From assembly GCA_965203175.1 (NCBI GenBank), contig OZ241867.1, positions 1,344,001 to 1,408,000 on the forward strand: a stretch of DNA of 64,000 nt, read 5' to 3'. The notes beneath the pieces were generated by a model. That model saw nothing but the letters and a program-made list of their open reading frames with translations. It had not been told where the DNA came from and ran no database searches. Source of the stretch: Candidatus Latescibacterota bacterium (lineage in GTDB: Bacteria > Latescibacterota > UBA2968 > UBA8231). Both the position numbers and the translations under genes were made by a program. Below, one piece after another: positions 60,424-64,000 of the stretch (the stretch's first letter is position 1; each line of letters starts with the position of its first letter).

Positions 60424-60825
60424 ATGGCTAAAAGGAAGATATTCGTGAGTTATGACTACGACAACGATAGGTATTACAAGAATCTACTCTTGGCATGGGA
60501 TAAGAACCGCGAATTCGATTTCGGCTTTAGTGATCAGTCCGCTGATGTGTCCATCCAGAGCACTAACGTAGTCGCCATCAAACGCGCGATTTCAGCCAAG
60601 ATCAATGCCTCTACTTACTTCCTGTGCCTTGTTGGCGAGAAGACCAGCAAGAGCTATTGGGTTGCATGGGAGATCGACAAGGCTAAGGAATTAAGAAAAA
60701 AGCTTGTTGCTGTGAAGATTTCGAATAGGAATGTGACTCCAAACGGACTCTTGAATGCCGGGGCATCGTGGGCTATGTCGTTCTCATTCGACGCCATCAA
60801 AGACGCCATCGAAGGCGCTTATTAA
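60424..60825 (+). CDS. ThsB-like stand-alone TIR protein (MTH538/DUF1863)
   Basis: KIFVSYDYDND, IKRAISAKI, LCLVGEKTSKSYWVAWEIDKA (catalytic-position Glu). Confidence 0.85.
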   Translation: MAKRKIFVSYDYDNDRYYKNLLLAWDKNREFDFGFSDQSADVSIQSTNVVAIKRAISAKINASTYFLCLVGEKTSKSYWVAWEIDKAKELRKKLVAVKISNRNVTPNGLLNAGASWAMSFSFDAIKDAIEGAY

Positions 60826-60844
60826 TGGTGATGAAACTGGAAAC

Positions 60845-61837
60845 GTGACTAAGAAAATAGCCATGGCAATAGATCGAAGCAGGAACCTATACATCGCGCA
60901 GACAGCCCTTCCTATACCATGCTTTTTTCCATCGGTTTCGAGCGTTAAGACAAACCTGATGCCCGTTGATTATGTAGAGCTTCTCGTTGCAGCCGGTCAT
61001 TCGCTCTTTCTGGTATCCGCCTATGACATTGCCCATTGCACCGATGATCAGCGCCCGCGTATGGATGCCGCGCTGACGAAAGGTAAAGAACACGATGCCG
61101 TGATCCTTATGGACAGCGGGAATTACGAAAGCTTTTGGAAAGACGACAAAGACTGGCAACCTGACAGGTTCCATGAAATTGCTGGTTCTAGCCATCATCA
61201 TCTCTGTTTCTGCTACGATAACCAGCAGCCGCCCAGCACCTCAGAGTCAATTGCCGAAGACGTAGTGGCCAGTGTTATCCGAGATCAGAAACACGCCCTC
61301 GAAACCGTAGCTCCGATAGTCCATGGGGACACAGCATTGCTATCAGATGCGGCCCGTAGAACGGCGGAGCAACTTTACCCCCTACTCTTGGCCGTCCCGG
61401 AACGTGAGCTTGGAGAAGGCATTATCGAGCGAACCCGAACAGTAAGGAAAATCCGAGAGGCGCTTGATACGCTAGAGGTATATTGCCCTCTTCATCTGCT
61501 CGGCACGGGGAATCCGCTTTCGATTATTGCTTACGCCTTAGCTGGAGCCGATAGCTTCGATGGTCTGGAATGGTGTCAGACCGTTGTCGACCACCAAACA
61601 GGTAGGCTGTTACATTTTCAACAATGGGACTTGATCCGCGATCAGACAGAATGGGGTCGATGCCCTGTACTACCGTATGTCCAATCGGTCTTGATGCACA
61701 ATCTAGATTTCTATCGCGAGTTTATGAAAAAGTTACACGAAGCAATACATCTCGAAGACACTGAAACTTTCATTCAACAGTACGTAACTAACGAACAGGC
61801 AGATCTTCTACTCCGGGCCAGCGAAGGAAGTGAGTAA
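60845..61837 (+). CDS. tRNA-guanine transglycosylase (TGT)-like protein, Cap10-like; start at 60845 or 60863
   Basis: ILMDSGNYES, PIVHG, PLHLLGTGNP, AGADSFDG, HNL; no CxCxxC zinc motif. Confidence 0.78.
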   Translation: MTKKIAMAIDRSRNLYIAQTALPIPCFFPSVSSVKTNLMPVDYVELLVAAGHSLFLVSAYDIAHCTDDQRPRMDAALTKGKEHDAVILMDSGNYESFWKDDKDWQPDRFHEIAGSSHHHLCFCYDNQQPPSTSESIAEDVVASVIRDQKHALETVAPIVHGDTALLSDAARRTAEQLYPLLLAVPERELGEGIIERTRTVRKIREALDTLEVYCPLHLLGTGNPLSIIAYALAGADSFDGLEWCQTVVDHQTGRLLHFQQWDLIRDQTEWGRCPVLPYVQSVLMHNLDFYREFMKKLHEAIHLEDTETFIQQYVTNEQADLLLRASEGSE

Positions 61838-62534
61838 CGTGACAATGATTCGCTTTTCTCTTTCAGCTATCGAACATGCGATCCGGGATGTGTACAGCGT
61901 ACTTGACGAGTGTACTTCAGTCCCATGGAAGGAAAGTAGCGAAGACGATCTATGGCGAGAGCTTGTATTTTGTATCCTAGGTAGCCGAGTGAGGTTTGAA
62001 ACTGTCCACGCAGCGGTTGAAAGAATGGACGGTATGTGTTTGCTTTCTCGTCCACGACGAAACACACAGTTCGATCAATATGAAGAGGACACGATGACGG
62101 CCCTTTCTATGGGCTATCCATTCTATCGCGTCAGGGCTAATCAGATTCGCCGGGCAGCAGAATACCTATACAACTACTCACGGGGGTCAATTGGGGAGTT
62201 ACTGAATAGCGCTAGTGATGCTCACAGCGCGCGACGCCTTCTGACGGCTGAGGTAGTGGGTTTGGGACCCAAGCAAGCAAGCCTATTCCTCCGGAACATC
62301 GGTTATGCAAAGTCCATCGCGGTCTTAGACGTACATATTTTGACATATTTGAGTTGGATCGGTCTTGCTGAATCTTCGCTCAAATCGGTTCCGACATTAA
62401 GCAAGTACGAAGCACTGGAAGAATCTTTTATCCAACATGCCTATTCATTAGGATTCTCACCCGATCAATTCGATCTTGCGGTGTGGATTGTAATGAAAGT
62501 GGCAAAGGAGGAATCAAACGCATGGGGATCGTGA
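61830..62534 (+). CDS. 8-oxoguanine N-glycosylase/DNA lyase-like HhH protein (OGG2-type, Cap11-like)
   Basis: LWRELVFCILGS, GLGPKQASLFLRNIGY, IAVLDVHIL, YEALEE.F, FDLAVW. Confidence 0.85.
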   Translation: MSNVTMIRFSLSAIEHAIRDVYSVLDECTSVPWKESSEDDLWRELVFCILGSRVRFETVHAAVERMDGMCLLSRPRRNTQFDQYEEDTMTALSMGYPFYRVRANQIRRAAEYLYNYSRGSIGELLNSASDAHSARRLLTAEVVGLGPKQASLFLRNIGYAKSIAVLDVHILTYLSWIGLAESSLKSVPTLSKYEALEESFIQHAYSLGFSPDQFDLAVWIVMKVAKEESNAWGS

Positions 62535-63118
62535 CTTTGGTATCTGGAGGATTCGATTCAACTCTTATGAGTCTTATGGCTCATGAGGAAGGGATCGCAC
62601 TATTCCCTCTCTTTATCGATTACGGGCAACTCGGAGTAAACAAGGAATGGTCAGCGTGTCAGCGACTTCACAAACAATTCGGTTTGCCACCGGTGACCTA
62701 TATGGATTTGTCTGGTTTTGGAAAAACAATCCCGAGCGGACTTACAGATAGCAGTTTACGCATCAACGAAGATGCCTTCTTGCCAGGTCGAAATCTTCTT
62801 TTTGTGCTAGCAGGAGCGGCTCATGCCTGCCAGACTCAAGCTAGTAGCGTCGCGCTTGGTCTACTCAATCCCGCCGACCACCTTTTTCCAGATCAGACCA
62901 AGGGGTTTGTAGAAGAGTGCGAAAGGATTATCGAGATGGCAATGGGCCGGAGGATTTCTGTTCTTATCCCACTGATCGAGTTCTCGAAGAGAGATATTAT
63001 GGTGATGGCTCGTGATCGGGGGATAAAGCATACCTATTCATGTCATGCAGGTGGGGACGAACCTTGCGGAGTGTGCATAGCATGCATTGAAATTATTAAT
63101 GCAAAGGAAAGGAGGTAG
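62522..63118 (+). CDS. QueC-like PP-loop ATPase (Cap9-like)
   Basis: LVSGGFDST, IDYGQ, FLPGRNLLF, FPDQ, TYSC-x6-PCGVCIAC zinc site. Confidence 0.9.
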   Translation: MGIVTLVSGGFDSTLMSLMAHEEGIALFPLFIDYGQLGVNKEWSACQRLHKQFGLPPVTYMDLSGFGKTIPSGLTDSSLRINEDAFLPGRNLLFVLAGAAHACQTQASSVALGLLNPADHLFPDQTKGFVEECERIIEMAMGRRISVLIPLIEFSKRDIMVMARDRGIKHTYSCHAGGDEPCGVCIACIEIINAKERR

Positions 63119-63120
63119 CC

Positions 63121-63618
63121 ATGGGTGGCGGACGCAGTAGTCGCGGTTTAACCCCAGACGAATTCAGGAGTGCTGAACAACGTGCCAAAAAATCTCTGAA
63201 GGAAGGCGATGGCAAGCACAATGTCTTTATCAGCTTCTCCTCGGATGATCTCGATGAAGTTAACCTGTTACGTGGTCAGGCTAAGAACGAAAACAGCAAC
63301 ATTGAGTTCAACGACCGGTCACTGAAAAAGCCGTTCGACAGTAAGAAAGCCGACTATATAAAACGAGGCATTCGGGACCGTATTCGTCAATCCTCCGTTA
63401 CTGTCGTGTATGTATCGGACAAAACCGCCGATAGTAAATGGGTGGACTGGGAAATACGAGAGAGTCTTGTCATGGGGAAAGGTGTCGTCGCCATGCACAA
63501 GGGCGACACCCCACCCAGACGTCTCCCAAAGGCTATCACCGACAACAATATTCCGGTTGTACCGTGGAACCAAGAACAGTTGGCAAAAGCCATTGAGACT
63601 CAGTTCGAGAACCGATGA
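63121..63618 (+). CDS. ThsB-like TIR protein with a Gly-rich N-terminal extension (MGGGRSSRG)
   Basis: AGGAGG RBS; NVFISF, YIKRGIRDRIRQSSVTVV, SKWVDWEIRES, KGVVAM, VPWN. Confidence 0.85.
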   Translation: MGGGRSSRGLTPDEFRSAEQRAKKSLKEGDGKHNVFISFSSDDLDEVNLLRGQAKNENSNIEFNDRSLKKPFDSKKADYIKRGIRDRIRQSSVTVVYVSDKTADSKWVDWEIRESLVMGKGVVAMHKGDTPPRRLPKAITDNNIPVVPWNQEQLAKAIETQFENR

Positions 63619-63727
63619 AACAAACTAACAATTGGTTACAAACGGACGGTTCTAGATGCTGCTGGACTAAGTAGTAGAGTAAGAATCGTAGAAATCGGGC
63701 TAGAGTGACATTTATCGAGACACACCT

Positions 63728-63771
63728 GCGCCGTCAAGCTGATCATGATGCAGCAGCTTCTCGTAGGTAGG
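63728..63771 (+). repeat. hsdS 3'-end direct repeat, right (decayed) copy
   Basis: GCGCCGTCAAGC.....ATGATGCAGCAGCTTCTCGT.GGT.GG is shared with 59307-59350. Confidence 0.85.
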
Positions 63772-63820
63772 GAGAGGTCTGCTCCAACCCGAGGCTCTAA
63801 CTAAAGAAGAATAAGGCGAC

Positions 63821-64000
63821 ATGAGCGAGAGCTAGAACATCGAATGGAAAGAGACGTGGCGGGACGAATACCTAAAATGGGTCTGCGGCTTCGCCAATGC
63901 TCAGGGCGGCGTACTGGAAATCGGCAAGAATGACCGGGGTGAGGTGGTCGGAGTGAAGGACGTTCTCCGACTGCTCGAAGAAATTCCCAATAAGGCCCAG
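63821..64000 (+). pseudogene. AlbA_2 (Schlafen-like) domain gene with TAG at codon 5; runs off the window
   Basis: MSES*NIEWKETWRDEYLKWVCGFANAQGGVLEIG.ND.GEVVGV. Confidence 0.75.

Noticed and set aside
60845-63118. Housekeeping queuosine genes (tgt, queC) or a Dpd DNA-modification cluster
   Set aside because: The TGT-like protein is divergent and lacks the zinc motif. No queD, queE, folE or dpdB-K genes are nearby, and the context is TIR/SLATT. Gene symbols were therefore withheld.
59469-63618. Canonical Thoeris or canonical type IV CBASS
   Set aside because: No ThsA-type effector and no nucleotidyltransferase (GS...D.D) motif in any of the six ORFs.
1-64000. tRNA, rRNA or prophage genes
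   Set aside because: None were recognised by eye; a covariance-model scan was not possible.

Overview
GC-rich bacterial DNA. The T9SS/FlgD-like C-terminal domains and the many secreted proteins ending in 'SWGxIK' suggest an FCB-group organism such as Latescibacterota; this is inference only. The window has five blocks. (1) 1.5-5.5 kb is a decayed restriction-modification islet with an IS5/IS903-group element. (2) 5.5-10.4 kb is housekeeping: an FAH-family gene, mqnD, mqnB, an enolase-superfamily gene and purM. (3) 10.4-38.4 kb is a sigma54-linked array of secreted beta-propeller proteins (TolB/PD40, WD40, FG-GAP) with near-constant ends, variable middles and a shared C-terminal tag. It includes two propeller-Y_Y_Y-AAA+ activators and four copies of a promoter cassette, two of which carry 21-bp-phased palindromes. 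(4) 38.4-50.5 kb holds sugar/acid catabolism genes. (5) 50.5-64 kb is a defence island built around a type I RM locus (hsdM and a frameshifted hsdS). The best candidate for a new system is the six-gene operon at 59.5-63.6 kb: SLATT - TIR - TGT-like - OGG/HhH glycosylase - QueC-like - TIR. It has the ancillary trio of type IV CBASS, but Thoeris-like TIR proteins stand where the CD-NTase would be. The last TIR begins MGGG, a plausible QueC deazaguanylation acceptor. The operon is bracketed by a duplicated hsdS 3' end. All family calls come from motif recognition by eye; no database search was run.
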